Shown here: piece after piece, positions 22,568-32,390 of the stretch | How the letters are laid out: each line of letters opens with the position of its first letter | Position numbering within the stretch: position 1 is the stretch's first letter | Source of the DNA: Escherichia coli | Lineage (GTDB): Bacteria; Pseudomonadota; Gammaproteobacteria; Enterobacterales; Enterobacteriaceae | Direction: 5' to 3' (one strand) | Assembly (NCBI RefSeq): GCF_048403405.1 | Contig: NZ_CP183129.1 | Length of the DNA: 64,000 nucleotides | Notes under the pieces: model-generated | Told to the model about the DNA's origin: nothing | Database searches by the model: none | Seen by the model: only the letters and a program-made list of their open reading frames with translations | Program-made: the position numbers and the translations under genes

Positions 22568-22761
22568 CCCAGCCACCAGCAATGCGCGAAAAATCGACAA
22601 TGTTCCTCTGGAACAAATGAAACGTAACCTGATAAAGGTGGTAAAAATGAAGCCTTATTTTGCTGCTTTGATGTTATCAGTCTCTGTTCTTCCTGCTTAT
22701 GCTGGTCCGCTCGGTACTGCTGATAAAACCGACCTACCGCAAAGCAATGTCTCCAGCCCAA
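22558..22761 (-). CDS. yjbS: Doubtful 67-aa ORF antisense to the 5' part of yjbT (same position and length as the K-12 yjbS annotation, from memory)
   Basis: The ORF has a TTG start and no visible SD. Support is limited to the dedicated terminator overlapping its stop codon, so the transcript may be non-coding. Confidence 0.3.
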   Translation of the reverse strand: MGWRHCFAVGRFYQQYRADQHKQEEQRLITSKQQNKASFLPPLSGYVSFVPEEHCRFFAHCWWLGIT

Positions 22762-22895
22762 TGATGGCCCAGTCGCTCAGGCAACCAGACCTGCAACCAA
22801 TATCGACGGACAGGAAGACAGAATGTTTTCGCCTTTACACACCAGATCGCAAACCGGGGGTGAACTGCGTTCCTGATGGCTCGACAGGCCATTAA
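22617..22895 (+). CDS. yjbT: Small secreted protein YjbT, 92 aa
   Basis: The translation starts MKRNLIKVVKMKPYFAALMLSVSVLPAYA (signal peptide), followed by GPLG. A terminator hairpin lies directly downstream. Confidence 0.7.
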   Translation: MKRNLIKVVKMKPYFAALMLSVSVLPAYAGPLGTADKTDLPQSNVSSPMMAQSLRQPDLQPISTDRKTECFRLYTPDRKPGVNCVPDGSTGH

Positions 22896-22903
22896 GAATA
22901 AAG

Positions 22904-22934
22904 GTGCCAGTGAGTGCGAAAACTGGCACTTTTT
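22904..22934 (+). terminator. Terminator between convergent yjbT and yjbH
   Basis: The stem GTGCCAGT (22904-22911) pairs with ACTGGCAC (22922-22929), followed by TTTTT. Confidence 0.65.
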
Positions 22935-22941
22935 CCATGAC

Positions 22942-25038
22942 TTAGCGGAAATTGACGCTACGGTCGCTGGTCATGTCATACAACTGGAACTTACGCCCAA
23001 GTTGCTGACCACCGTCACGCGTCAGCGGCGTCCAGCCAATTGCCGCACGGCTGCGTGTCGGGCCAGACGAGAAGAGATCCAGCGGTACAGAGACATACAC
23101 GCCTTTGGTAAAGTCCCCTTCGCCGTACTCCTCTTTCGAAACGTTGGTGATCGTGGCATAGCCACCCACCACCACGCCGCTATCAAAGCGTTTGGCGATC
23201 TCCAGCGTGCCGCCTTTATCCCCTGCCAGATACTGCCCGACGCTCGCTTTCACTAACACATTCTGAGCGAAAGATGGCGTCCAGTAGGCGGTCAGATGTC
23301 CGGTTTTCACGCTGTAGTCGGTGAATTTCATCATATCTTTTGCACTACGCCAGTCGCGCTGTTTAACGTAGTTGGCATCCACACCAAACGCCCAGTTGCT
23401 GTCCAGCGGGCGATACAACACTTCTGCCCCCGCACCGCCAAACATGGTTTCGAGATAACCTCCGTAGACCTGGCCGTAGAAGCCGTTGCCCAGATGCTGG
23501 AAGTAGTTGGCTTGCAGGTTATTCACATAGACATCATTCTGCACATACTCGCGCACATGGGTACGAACGCGCGGTAAGTGCGAGTCCTGCGGTGGATTGG
23601 TGTAGTTAAACTTGTCGTAGTTGTTGGCAAGATTTGCAAAAAGGCTGCCAGTGGTCAGCAGATGGTCCGTCAGCCACAAATCTGCCGTTCCCATCACGCC
23701 CAGCTGATACATGTAAAAGTTTTCCGGGCCACCGACCGACTGGTTCAGCACCGGATCGATATGGAAATCAAAGCGTGATTTGTCGATATACCAGCCCTGC
23801 TCGGTGGACTGCGGAACCACTGGCTCGACGCGTTTTTGCGCCAGCGTCGTTTCGTGGCCCAACGGCTCTCCGGCGAGATGATTTTTCAGGCTGGCGACAT
23901 CGGTTTCCGTCGTCACCTGCGGCATGTTAAGGCGATTTTCCGTAATGCGGATCGTTTTGATCCCATCCGGCAGATCGTTCATCACGATCCGATTAGCACG
24001 GATGATCCCTTCGCGCGAATCACGATATTTCACCTGCTCGCCGGTAACATACAGCGTATCGCCTTTCGCCTGGATCTGTGGATCGGCAAGTCCGGCATTG
24101 TATTTCAACAGCGTTAACTGATTCGCCACCACCGAATGCTGCAAAATGGCATCCTGCGGCTGCGGTTGATATTGCGGGCGGGCGTTATCGTTGTAGGACG
24201 GGCGCAGATCGTTAAAGTTGGTGCCCAGCGTGACGCCAAACATAAAGGTGTTGCCACGTTCATAGCTAAGGTTAACGTCGGCCCAATCGGTAACGCGATA
24301 AATCGCCCCGACGTTAAACTTACTTTTTTGCTCCAGCTTCCCGGCAAAATCCTGCTGATAATTATTACCTTCATACTCCAGTTTCAGGCGCAGCGGTTGC
24401 CAGGGCGTCTGGTATTCCACGCCGCCAAACAGTGAGGCAGGACCGTGGAACATCTGGCTACCGTCGATAGATCCCGCCTGTTTGTAGCTGTTATCGCGAT
24501 AGCAATATTTGTCACTGGCTGAACAGAGCGGATTATTCACATTACCGCTGGTGCCCAGATATCCCCAGCCCAGGCCGAGCGTAAAATCGAACGGCCCCCA
24601 GGCTTTGCTGGCAACAAGATATTCCGCATCAAACAGCCCCGTACCGCCGATATCCCGCGCACCAACCGCCACTTGCGGCAGCCAGTAACTCTCTTCCCAC
24701 AAACGCAGTTTGAGATCGAAGGCTTTATCTTTATACGTTTGATCACCAGAGAACGCTTCGACGCTGCTGTACTGCCGGGTGCGCACATCGGTATAGCGCA
24801 GCGTTGTTTCCAGCCACGGGAAGAGTTGCACTGAAGCTGAGTAATAACGGTACTGATCGTTATCGCGATAGTTCAAACTCAACTCCCCTTCCCGCGCCAT
24901 GCGGGCGGTAGGCGTTTGTAATAATCCTACGCCACCGAAATCCGACTGCGACGGACCAATGGGCGCAGGATATGTTTCGCCGTAGCAAGCTGTGCTAATG
25001 CCCAGCGCCAGTAAGCTAAGCAGATGTCTTTTTTTCAT
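22942..25038 (-). CDS. yjbH: Outer-membrane beta-barrel protein YjbH (GfcD/YmcA paralogue), 698 aa
   Basis: The protein has a signal peptide ([20 protein letters not shown]) and a C-terminal ...SVNFR with terminal aromatic-type beta-barrel signature. It is the last gene of the yjbEFGH cluster. Confidence 0.9.
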   Translation of the reverse strand: MKKRHLLSLLALGISTACYGETYPAPIGPSQSDFGGVGLLQTPTARMAREGELSLNYRDNDQYRYYSASVQLFPWLETTLRYTDVRTRQYSSVEAFSGDQTYKDKAFDLKLRLWEESYWLPQVAVGARDIGGTGLFDAEYLVASKAWGPFDFTLGLGWGYLGTSGNVNNPLCSASDKYCYRDNSYKQAGSIDGSQMFHGPASLFGGVEYQTPWQPLRLKLEYEGNNYQQDFAGKLEQKSKFNVGAIYRVTDWADVNLSYERGNTFMFGVTLGTNFNDLRPSYNDNARPQYQPQPQDAILQHSVVANQLTLLKYNAGLADPQIQAKGDTLYVTGEQVKYRDSREGIIRANRIVMNDLPDGIKTIRITENRLNMPQVTTETDVASLKNHLAGEPLGHETTLAQKRVEPVVPQSTEQGWYIDKSRFDFHIDPVLNQSVGGPENFYMYQLGVMGTADLWLTDHLLTTGSLFANLANNYDKFNYTNPPQDSHLPRVRTHVREYVQNDVYVNNLQANYFQHLGNGFYGQVYGGYLETMFGGAGAEVLYRPLDSNWAFGVDANYVKQRDWRSAKDMMKFTDYSVKTGHLTAYWTPSFAQNVLVKASVGQYLAGDKGGTLEIAKRFDSGVVVGGYATITNVSKEEYGEGDFTKGVYVSVPLDLFSSGPTRSRAAIGWTPLTRDGGQQLGRKFQLYDMTSDRSVNFR

Positions 25039-25775
25039 TATTGAGGTATCCGCTGCGTCAGAGTCTGAAGAATGTCGGCGTTAAGGGCATCAGGCGTCTC
25101 ACTCCAGACGGAGTCCGCGAGGCCAACATAAATAATGCTGCCGGGCATCGGCTCTACGTGACGCTTGTTCCAGTAAGCCACCGGTGCTTTTTGCGTGCGT
25201 CCGTCCGGGTAAACCACCCACGCGTAGCTGCGATCCGCACCGCTGAGCAGGTTCTGGCCGGAGAGATAGCTCGCCACGTCGCGACTTGGAGTGAATGGCT
25301 GCTTGCCAGGACGGCTGATAAGCCCGAACAACATGACCGTGGACGGCGGTGGTCCGACCCACAGCGTGTAGTTGCCCTGCAACGGCGGGTTACCGCGTTC
25401 GGCAACGCGGACGATATCGGGATCAAGATTGATTTTTTGCCTGCCCGTCACTTTCAACGCCTGAATTTGCTGGCGTAAGGCGTTAATCGCGGCGGCATCG
25501 TCGGCGCTGGAGTCTGCGGCTAGTTCTGCCAGCCGTGTCAGCAACGCCTGCTGCTGACGCAATGCTGCCGCCGTTGCCAGCTCTTCGCTAATCACCGCAC
25601 CGGGCCACCAACTGTTTGCCAGCCGTGGTTGGCCTACCAGATCGATTAAATGCTCTGCACCCGTCAGCGTTTTGGCCTCACTGCTGCCATTGCTGAATAC
25701 CTTGACGGTTCCCGCCGCGAAGACCGATGACGCCCCCACACTCAAAATCAATGCGACAATAGTTTGTTTACTCAT
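25038..25775 (-). CDS. yjbG: Periplasmic protein YjbG (GfcC paralogue), 245 aa
   Basis: The protein has a signal peptide ([20 protein letters not shown]). Its stop overlaps the yjbH start (TAATG) and its start overlaps the yjbF stop (ATGA). Confidence 0.9.
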   Translation of the reverse strand: MSKQTIVALILSVGASSVFAAGTVKVFSNGSSEAKTLTGAEHLIDLVGQPRLANSWWPGAVISEELATAAALRQQQALLTRLAELAADSSADDAAAINALRQQIQALKVTGRQKINLDPDIVRVAERGNPPLQGNYTLWVGPPPSTVMLFGLISRPGKQPFTPSRDVASYLSGQNLLSGADRSYAWVVYPDGRTQKAPVAYWNKRHVEPMPGSIIYVGLADSVWSETPDALNADILQTLTQRIPQ

Positions 25776-26410
25776 TGTTTTGCCGCCTTGATGAGAGTGG
25801 TTTTCACCGGGAAATAATCCGCGCCGAGATACTGTTCCGACTGGCGAATTTGCCCTTCGCTGTCGATCCAGTAGCGGTTATGCCAGCGCGCCTGGTCGGT
25901 GGAGACTTCTTCGTCCAGCACGCGAACCGGGGTTTCATCGCTGCCGACTTTGACGGTATCGGTGCCATCCCATTTGAAGACTGAGCGTGCGGTGGCGTAG
26001 CGTACCTGCTGGTACTCGGTCCAGCCCATCGTGCGCGTCCAGATTGCACCATCAACAATTTGTGCGGGTTTAATCAGCGGGTCGGCAGCAAGGTTATTCA
26101 CCTCAATCAGGTTGTCGCCGCCAAGCAGAGTCTTCACCAGACGACCATGTTGTGTGACGAGAGTAGCCTGATCCTGAGTGACCCATTTTTGTTGTCCGTC
26201 TTCAGCGAAGGCCAGCACCACAAATAACTGCGGTCCGCCATTAAGCTGCATGTACTGGCTGGCGTAGGGCATATTTTGAATATCATCGTCCGTCAGCTGT
26301 ACGCCTGGCGTGCCGAACAGACTGTCCCACAGTGAATTGCCCAGCTCTTTAGTCGTGGCTGAACAGGCCTGTAATAGCAGGCAGATAAGAATGAGTGCAG
26401 GTCGCTTCAC
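25772..26410 (-). CDS. yjbF: Lipoprotein YjbF (GfcB paralogue), 212 aa
   Basis: A GTG start (complement of 26408-26410) is preceded by GGAGAAG. The translation VKRPALILICLLLQAC carries a lipobox (LQAC). Confidence 0.85.
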   Translation of the reverse strand: MKRPALILICLLLQACSATTKELGNSLWDSLFGTPGVQLTDDDIQNMPYASQYMQLNGGPQLFVVLAFAEDGQQKWVTQDQATLVTQHGRLVKTLLGGDNLIEVNNLAADPLIKPAQIVDGAIWTRTMGWTEYQQVRYATARSVFKWDGTDTVKVGSDETPVRVLDEEVSTDQARWHNRYWIDSEGQIRQSEQYLGADYFPVKTTLIKAAKQ

Positions 26411-26523
26411 GACTCTTCTCCAGGGGGGCAGAATAACCACACCGGAGTGTGGTTATGGTAAATCCCTTCATACTTCAAGCCACAGATGCAATGACTCGAA
26501 TTATTTTGGGGATACATACTTTA

Positions 26524-26766
26524 TTACTGGGTACTGGTGGTCGTGGTTGTTGTGGTCCCGGTATTAGAACCATCACCGCCACCGGTTGCCGCGAGCGCGA
26601 CACCCACCGCCGAGCTTACGGTGCTGACGCTGGTCGCGGAGGAACTCCCCGCCGAAACCGACGTTGCTGCCGACCCTGCCGCTTCGCCCACCTGTACAGG
26701 TGCAGCCCACGCAGAAGTCGCCGCAAGCGCAGATATGGCAAAAATGCCATACAGAACTTTTTTCAT
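26524..26766 (-). CDS. yjbE: Thr/Ser/Ala-rich secreted protein YjbE (GfcA paralogue), 80 aa
   Basis: The signal peptide [21 protein letters not shown] is followed by a low-complexity S/A/G/T region ending in [13 protein letters not shown]. Confidence 0.85.
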
Positions 26767-27073
26767 AACAATTTCCCTTCATTGAATGAATGGAGATTTA
26801 CCCAAAAACATTTCGGGCGGGATCGAGTATACACAACTAAAGCATGCGAATTACGGCGCGGGGAATTAGCGATGGCGTTTTAGGATAATTGGAATGAATA
26901 TCAAATATAAGTTTCAACTTATATTTAAATAACAATAAAAATCATAAACTTAAAATAAAAACAAAAGTAATTAATCTGCGTATTTTCCGAAATAAACAAC
27001 GATTAAAAATCTATTTTAGGATTAACCTCACGGTATGATTTCCGTTAAATCACAGACAAGGGGATTTATCTGA

Positions 27074-27100
27074 TAAAAAAATGCCGACATAACGTCGGCA
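27074..27100 (-). terminator. pgi terminator
   Basis: The stem ATGCCGAC (27080-27087) pairs with GTCGGCAT (27093-27100). On the minus strand it is followed by a T-run (complement of A 27074-27080). Confidence 0.75.
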
Positions 27101-27120
27101 TTGTTATTAAGGTTTATAAA

Positions 27121-28770
27121 TTAACCGCGCCACGCTTTATAGCGGTTAATCAGACCATTGGTCGAGCTATCGTGGCTGCTGATTTCTTTGTCATCTTTCA
27201 GCTCTGGCAGAATACGGTTCGCCAGCTGTTTACCCAGTTCCACGCCCCACTGGTCGAAGGTGAAGATGTTCAGGATCACGCCCTGAGTAAAGATTTTGTG
27301 CTCATACAGCGCAATCAACGCACCCAGGCTGAACGGAGTGATTTCACGCAGCAGGATGGAGTTGGTCGGGCGGTTACCTTCGAACACTTTGAACGGCACC
27401 ACGTAGTCAAGCGTTGCCGGATCTTTACCCTGATCACGATATTCCTGCTCAACCACTTCGCGGGATTTACCAAACGCCAGCGCTTCGGTCTGAGCAAAGA
27501 AGTTAGACAGCAGTTTCTGGTGATGATCAGAAAGCGGGTTATGGGTGATAGCCGGAGCGATGAAATCGCACGGTACCATTTTGGTTCCCTGGTGGATCAG
27601 CTGGTAGAACGCGTGCTGACCGTTCGTGCCGGGTTCACCCCAGATAATCGGGCCAGTCTGGTAATTCACGACGTTACCGTTACGGTCAACGTACTTACCG
27701 TTGGACTCCATATTGCCCTGCTGGAAGTACGCCGCGAAACGGTGCATATACTGGTCATACGGCAGAATCGCTTCAGTTTCCGCACCAAAGAAATTGTTGT
27801 ACCAGATGCCAATCAGCGCCAGCAGTACAGGCAGGTTTTTCTCGGCAGGCGTGGTGGAGAAATGCTTGTCCATCGCGTGTGCGCCAGAAAGCAGTTCAAC
27901 GAAGTTATCAAAGCCGATGGAGAGAACAATCGACAGGCCAATCGCTGACCATAAAGAGTAACGACCACCGACCCAGTCCCAGAACTCGAACATGTTGGCG
28001 GTATCAATACCAAACTCGCCAACGGCTTTGGCGTTGGTTGAGAGCGCCGCAAAGTGTTTCGCAACGTGTTTTTCATCACCAGCCGCTTTCAGGAACCAGT
28101 CACGCGCACTATGGGCGTTGGTCATGGTTTCCTGAGTGGTGAAGGTTTTAGATGCTACCAGGAACAGCGTGGTTTCCGGGTTTACTTTTTTCAGCACTTC
28201 CGCGATGTGAGTCCCATCGACGTTAGAAACAAAGTGCATGTTCAGGTGGTTTTTGTACGGACGCAGTGCTTCGGTCACCATGTATGGGCCGAGGTCAGAA
28301 CCGCCGATCCCGATGTTCACTACGTCAGTGATTGCTTTGCCGGTATAACCCTTCCACTCACCGGAAATAATCGCTTGCGAGAAGGTTTTCATCTTCTCCA
28401 GCACCGCGTTGACTTCCGGCATAACGTCTTTGCCATCAACCAGAATCGGGGTATTGCTACGGTTACGCAGCGCTACGTGCAGCACGGCGCGGTTTTCGGT
28501 GCGGTTGATCTTCTCACCAGAGAACATCGACTTAATCGCGCCCGCCAGATCGCACTCTTTCGCCAGATCTTGTAATTTCGCCAGCGTCTCTTCAGTGATG
28601 CGGTTTTTGGAGTAATCCACCAGCATCTGATCGTCGAAGGTTGCGGAGAACTTAGAAAAACGATCGCCGTCTTTAGCAAAAAGATCGGCGATCGTAACGT
28701 CTTTCATTTCATCGAAGTGTTTCTGTAGTGCCTGCCAGGCAGCGGTCTGCGTTGGATTGATGTTTTTCAT
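27121..28770 (-). CDS. pgi: Glucose-6-phosphate isomerase, 549 aa
   Basis: The ATG (complement of 28768-28770) gives [41 protein letters not shown].... Confidence 0.97.
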   Translation of the reverse strand: MKNINPTQTAAWQALQKHFDEMKDVTIADLFAKDGDRFSKFSATFDDQMLVDYSKNRITEETLAKLQDLAKECDLAGAIKSMFSGEKINRTENRAVLHVALRNRSNTPILVDGKDVMPEVNAVLEKMKTFSQAIISGEWKGYTGKAITDVVNIGIGGSDLGPYMVTEALRPYKNHLNMHFVSNVDGTHIAEVLKKVNPETTLFLVASKTFTTQETMTNAHSARDWFLKAAGDEKHVAKHFAALSTNAKAVGEFGIDTANMFEFWDWVGGRYSLWSAIGLSIVLSIGFDNFVELLSGAHAMDKHFSTTPAEKNLPVLLALIGIWYNNFFGAETEAILPYDQYMHRFAAYFQQGNMESNGKYVDRNGNVVNYQTGPIIWGEPGTNGQHAFYQLIHQGTKMVPCDFIAPAITHNPLSDHHQKLLSNFFAQTEALAFGKSREVVEQEYRDQGKDPATLDYVVPFKVFEGNRPTNSILLREITPFSLGALIALYEHKIFTQGVILNIFTFDQWGVELGKQLANRILPELKDDKEISSHDSSTNGLINRYKAWRG

Positions 28771-29020
28771 TAGCAATACTCTTCTGATTTTGAGAATTGT
28801 GACTTTGGAAGATTGTAGCGCCAGTCACAGAAAAATGTGATGGTTTTAGTGCCGTTAGCGTAATGTTGAGTGTAAACCCTTAGCGCAGTGAAGCATTTAT
28901 TAGCTGAACTACTGACCGCCAGGAGTGGATGAAAAATCCGCATGACCCCATCGTTGACAACCGCCCCGCTCACCCTTTATTTATAAATGTACTACCTGCG
29001 CTAGCGCAGGCCAGAAGAGG

Positions 29021-29199
29021 CGCGTTGCCCAAGTAACGGTGTTGGAGGAGCCAGTCCTGTGATAACACCTGAGGGGGTGCATCGCCGAGGTGATTGAACG
29101 GCTGGCCACGTTCATCATCGGCTACAGGGGCTGAATCCCCTGGGTTGTCACCAGAAGCGTTCGCAGTCGGGCGTTTCGCAAGTGGTGGAGCACTTCTGG
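29021..29199 (+). promoter_or_regulatory. Lysine riboswitch (L-box) aptamer in the lysC 5' leader
   Basis: The P1 helix pairs CCAGAAG (29021-27) with CTTCTGG (29193-99). It encloses the conserved AGAGGCGC...GGAGGAGC...GAGGGGG core. A candidate promoter -35 TTGACA lies at 28954-28959, and about 95 nt of expression platform runs up to the SD and ATG at 29295. Confidence 0.85.
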
Positions 29200-29294
29200 G
29201 TGAAAATAGTAGCGAAGTATCGCTCTGCGCCCACCCGTCTTCCGCTCTTCCCTTGTGCCAAGGCTGAAAATGGATCCCCTGACACGAGGTAGTT

Positions 29295-30644
29295 ATGTCT
29301 GAAATTGTTGTCTCCAAATTTGGCGGTACCAGCGTAGCTGATTTTGACGCCATGAACCGCAGCGCTGATATTGTGCTTTCTGATGCCAACGTACGTTTAG
29401 TTGTTCTCTCGGCTTCTGCTGGTATCACTAATCTGCTGGTCGCTTTAGCTGAAGGACTGGAACCTGGCGAGCGATTCGAAAAACTCGACGCAATCCGCAA
29501 TATCCAGTTTGCCATTCTGGAACGTCTGCGTTACCCGAACGTTATCCGTGAAGAGATTGAACGTCTGCTGGAGAACATTACTGTTCTGGCAGAAGCGGCG
29601 GCGCTGGCAACGTCTCCGGCGCTGACAGATGAACTGGTCAGCCACGGCGAGCTGATGTCGACCCTGCTGTTTGTCGAAATCCTGCGCGAACGCGATGTTC
29701 AGGCACAGTGGTTTGATGTACGTAAAGTGATGCGTACCAACGACCGATTTGGTCGTGCAGAGCCAGATGTAGCCGCGCTGGCGGAACTGGCCGCGCTGCA
29801 GCTGCTCCCACGCCTCAATGAAGGCTTAGTGATCACCCAGGGATTTATCGGTAGCGAAAATAAAGGTCGGACAACGACGCTTGGCCGTGGAGGCAGCGAT
29901 TATACGGCAGCCTTGCTGGCGGAGGCTTTACACGCATCTCGTGTTGATATCTGGACCGACGTCCCGGGCATCTACACCACCGATCCACGCGTGGTTTCCG
30001 CAGCAAAACGCATTGATGAAATCGCGTTTGCCGAAGCGGCAGAGATGGCAACTTTTGGTGCAAAAGTACTGCATCCGGCAACGTTGCTACCCGCAGTACG
30101 CAGCGATATCCCGGTCTTTGTCGGCTCCAGTAAAGACCCACGCGCAGGTGGTACGCTGGTGTGCAATAAAACTGAAAATCCGCCGCTATTCCGCGCGCTG
30201 GCGCTTCGTCGCAATCAGACTCTGCTCACTTTGCACAGCCTGAATATGCTGCATTCTCGCGGTTTCCTCGCGGAAGTTTTCGGCATCCTCGCGCGGCATA
30301 ATATTTCGGTAGACTTAATCACCACGTCAGAAGTGAGCGTGGCATTAACCCTTGATACCACCGGTTCAACCTCCACTGGCGATACCTTGCTGACGCAATC
30401 TCTGCTGATGGAGCTGTCTGCACTATGCCGGGTAGAAGTGGAGGAAGGTCTGGCGCTGGTCGCGTTGATTGGCAATGACCTGTCAAAAGCCTGCGGCGTT
30501 GGCAAAGAGGTATTCGGCGTACTGGAACCGTTCAACATTCGCATGATTTGTTACGGCGCATCCAGCCATAACCTGTGCTTCCTGGTGCCCGGCGAAGATG
30601 CCGAGCAGGTGGTGCAAAAACTGCATTTTAATTTGTTTGAGTAA
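29295..30644 (+). CDS. lysC: Lysine-sensitive aspartokinase III, 449 aa
   Basis: The translation is MSEIVVSKFGGTSVADFDAMNRSADIVLSDANVRLVVLSASAGITNLLVALAEG.... Confidence 0.97.
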   Translation: MSEIVVSKFGGTSVADFDAMNRSADIVLSDANVRLVVLSASAGITNLLVALAEGLEPGERFEKLDAIRNIQFAILERLRYPNVIREEIERLLENITVLAEAAALATSPALTDELVSHGELMSTLLFVEILRERDVQAQWFDVRKVMRTNDRFGRAEPDVAALAELAALQLLPRLNEGLVITQGFIGSENKGRTTTLGRGGSDYTAALLAEALHASRVDIWTDVPGIYTTDPRVVSAAKRIDEIAFAEAAEMATFGAKVLHPATLLPAVRSDIPVFVGSSKDPRAGGTLVCNKTENPPLFRALALRRNQTLLTLHSLNMLHSRGFLAEVFGILARHNISVDLITTSEVSVALTLDTTGSTSTGDTLLTQSLLMELSALCRVEVEEGLALVALIGNDLSKACGVGKEVFGVLEPFNIRMICYGASSHNLCFLVPGEDAEQVVQKLHFNLFE

Positions 30645-30653
30645 ACACAGTAT

Positions 30654-30690
30654 GGCCCGGAAGACATTATTTCGGGCCGTATTGTTTTTC
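30654..30690 (+). terminator. lysC terminator
   Basis: A 9-bp stem forms between GGCCCGGAA (30654-62) and TTTCGGGCC (30670-78), followed by GTATTGTTTTT. Confidence 0.6.
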
Positions 30691-30897
30691 TTGTCATTAT
30701 GCTCATCAATAAACGAGCCTGTACTCTGTTAACCAACGTCTTTATCGGAGAATAATTGCCTTTAATTTTTTTATCTGCATCTCTAACTAATTAGAGAAAG
30801 AGATAAATAGTTAAGAGAAGGCAAAATGAATATTATCAGTTCTGCTCGCAAACGAATTCCCGTACACTGAACTCTCTGGCTCACTGAGGGCACAATC

Positions 30898-31170
30898 ATG
30901 GCACTCCCCCGTATTACCCAAAAAGAGATGACTGAACGCGAGCAGCGTGAACTAAAAACACTGCTGGATCGGGCGCGGATTGCGCATGGTCGCGTGTTGA
31001 CTAATTCGGAAACCAACAGCATTAAAAAAGAGTACATCGATAAGCTGATGGTTGAGCGTGAAGCAGCAGCAAAAAAAGCCCGCCAATTGAAGAAAAAGCA
31101 GGCTTATAAACCGGATCCTGAAGCGTCATTTAGCTGGTCAGCAAATACGTCGACGCGCGGCAGGCGCTGA
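30898..31170 (+). CDS. yjbD: Small basic protein YjbD (DUF3811-type), 90 aa
   Basis: The translation is MALPRITQKEMTEREQRELKTLLDRARIAHGRVLTNSETNSIKKEYIDKLM.... The gene is convergent with and abuts the rluF stop. Confidence 0.85.
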   Translation: MALPRITQKEMTEREQRELKTLLDRARIAHGRVLTNSETNSIKKEYIDKLMVEREAAAKKARQLKKKQAYKPDPEASFSWSANTSTRGRR

Positions 31171-32043
31171 TTAACGCCCCTTCTTTTTACGCCCCGGCGA
31201 GGTAAAACGCTTACCGTTGGACGCCGGGCGACCGCCTTTTTCCGCCGTTTTTTCCATCTTAACGACTGGACGTTTGATGCCCGCCGTTTTCGGTTTGGCC
31301 TTCGTTTTAGGTTTTGCCTCGGAAGAGGAATTTTCGATGAGCTTAAAGAGGTCGATTAACTCATCGTCAGTTAAATCGCGCCACTCACCCAGCGGAATGC
31401 CGCTTAAGCTGACGTTCATAATGCGCGTACGTTCCAGCTTTTTCACTTCGTAACCAAAGTGCTCGCACATGCGCCGGATCTGACGGTTCAGCCCCTGCAC
31501 CAGGGTAATGCGGAAGACAAACGGCGCTTCTTTTTTGACTTTGCACTTTTTCGTCACCGTCCCGAGGATCGGCACCCCCGCCCCCATACCACGAATAAAT
31601 TCATCGGTAATCGGTTTATCGACCGTCACCAGATACTCTTTCTCATGATCGTTACCCGCACGGAGGATCTTATTCACCAGATCGCCGTGATTGGTGAGGA
31701 AAATCAGCCCCTGGGAGTCTTTATCCAGGCGGCCAATCGGGAACACGCGTTTGCTGTGGTTAACGAAATCGACAATGTTATCGCGCTCGCCATCTTCGGT
31801 GGTGCTGACAATACCGACGGGCTTGTTCAGGGCGATAAGTACCAAATCTTCGGCTTCCCGAGGCTCAATCAACTGACCGTTTACTTTCACAACGTCGCCG
31901 GGTTTCACCTGATCGCCAATGGTGGCTCGCTTGCCATTAAGGAACACATTGCCTTGCTCGATATAGCGATCCGCTTCGCGGCGTGAGCAAATTCCGCTTT
32001 CGCTGATGTATTTATTTAAACGGACTGATGAGTCGGGCAGCAT
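31171..32043 (-). CDS. rluF: 23S rRNA pseudouridine(2604) synthase RluF, 290 aa
   Basis: An S4 domain ([31 protein letters not shown]) is followed by an RsuA-family catalytic motif ([10 protein letters not shown]) and a Lys-rich tail. Confidence 0.93.
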   Translation of the reverse strand: MLPDSSVRLNKYISESGICSRREADRYIEQGNVFLNGKRATIGDQVKPGDVVKVNGQLIEPREAEDLVLIALNKPVGIVSTTEDGERDNIVDFVNHSKRVFPIGRLDKDSQGLIFLTNHGDLVNKILRAGNDHEKEYLVTVDKPITDEFIRGMGAGVPILGTVTKKCKVKKEAPFVFRITLVQGLNRQIRRMCEHFGYEVKKLERTRIMNVSLSGIPLGEWRDLTDDELIDLFKLIENSSSEAKPKTKAKPKTAGIKRPVVKMEKTAEKGGRPASNGKRFTSPGRKKKGR

Positions 32044-32390
32044 AAATTCTCCTGTAAAACGCGGAATATACCGTACCTCTTAGCGGGGAAAAACAGGGTT
32101 ATGCGGCAACGTCGAAATTAAATGTGATCTGCCACGCCTTTTATCACAAAAGTGTCTCCGGAAGTACGATGCAAATTTGCCTGGCAAAATAAGGATAATC
32201 AACATATTACGAATCGCTGCACACCTGTGCTGATGACTACTACGCAGAGAAACAAATGTGCAAGAGAAAGCGCTATTTCTCCCCATGCAAAGAGTGAAAA
32301 ATCGCTTTGAAAGGCCATCATGATGGGGTTATATCAGATCAAGCGGTGAGAAAGCGTATTTGCACAAATGTGCAGAACCAGGAGGCGGCA

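Noticed and set aside
26449-26883. Plus-strand ORFs (144 aa and 82 aa) and an alternative minus-strand frame (26573..26782) overlap yjbE.
   Set aside because: The yjbE frame has a clear signal peptide, an SD and synteny with yjbFGH. The others are frame shadows of a GC-rich low-complexity (Ala/Ser/Thr/Gly) region.
28970-29515. A 181-aa minus-strand ORF spans the lysC leader and the start of lysC.
   Set aside because: The region is fully explained by the lysine riboswitch and the lysC 5' end. The ORF product is Ser/Pro/Ala-rich with no start context.
32080-32286. A 68-aa minus-strand ORF lies in the rluF-sorC spacer, at the left junction of the sor cassette.
   Set aside because: It has no SD, its product is Arg/Cys/Ser-rich, and it lies where the sorC promoter must be. 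It was treated as non-coding.
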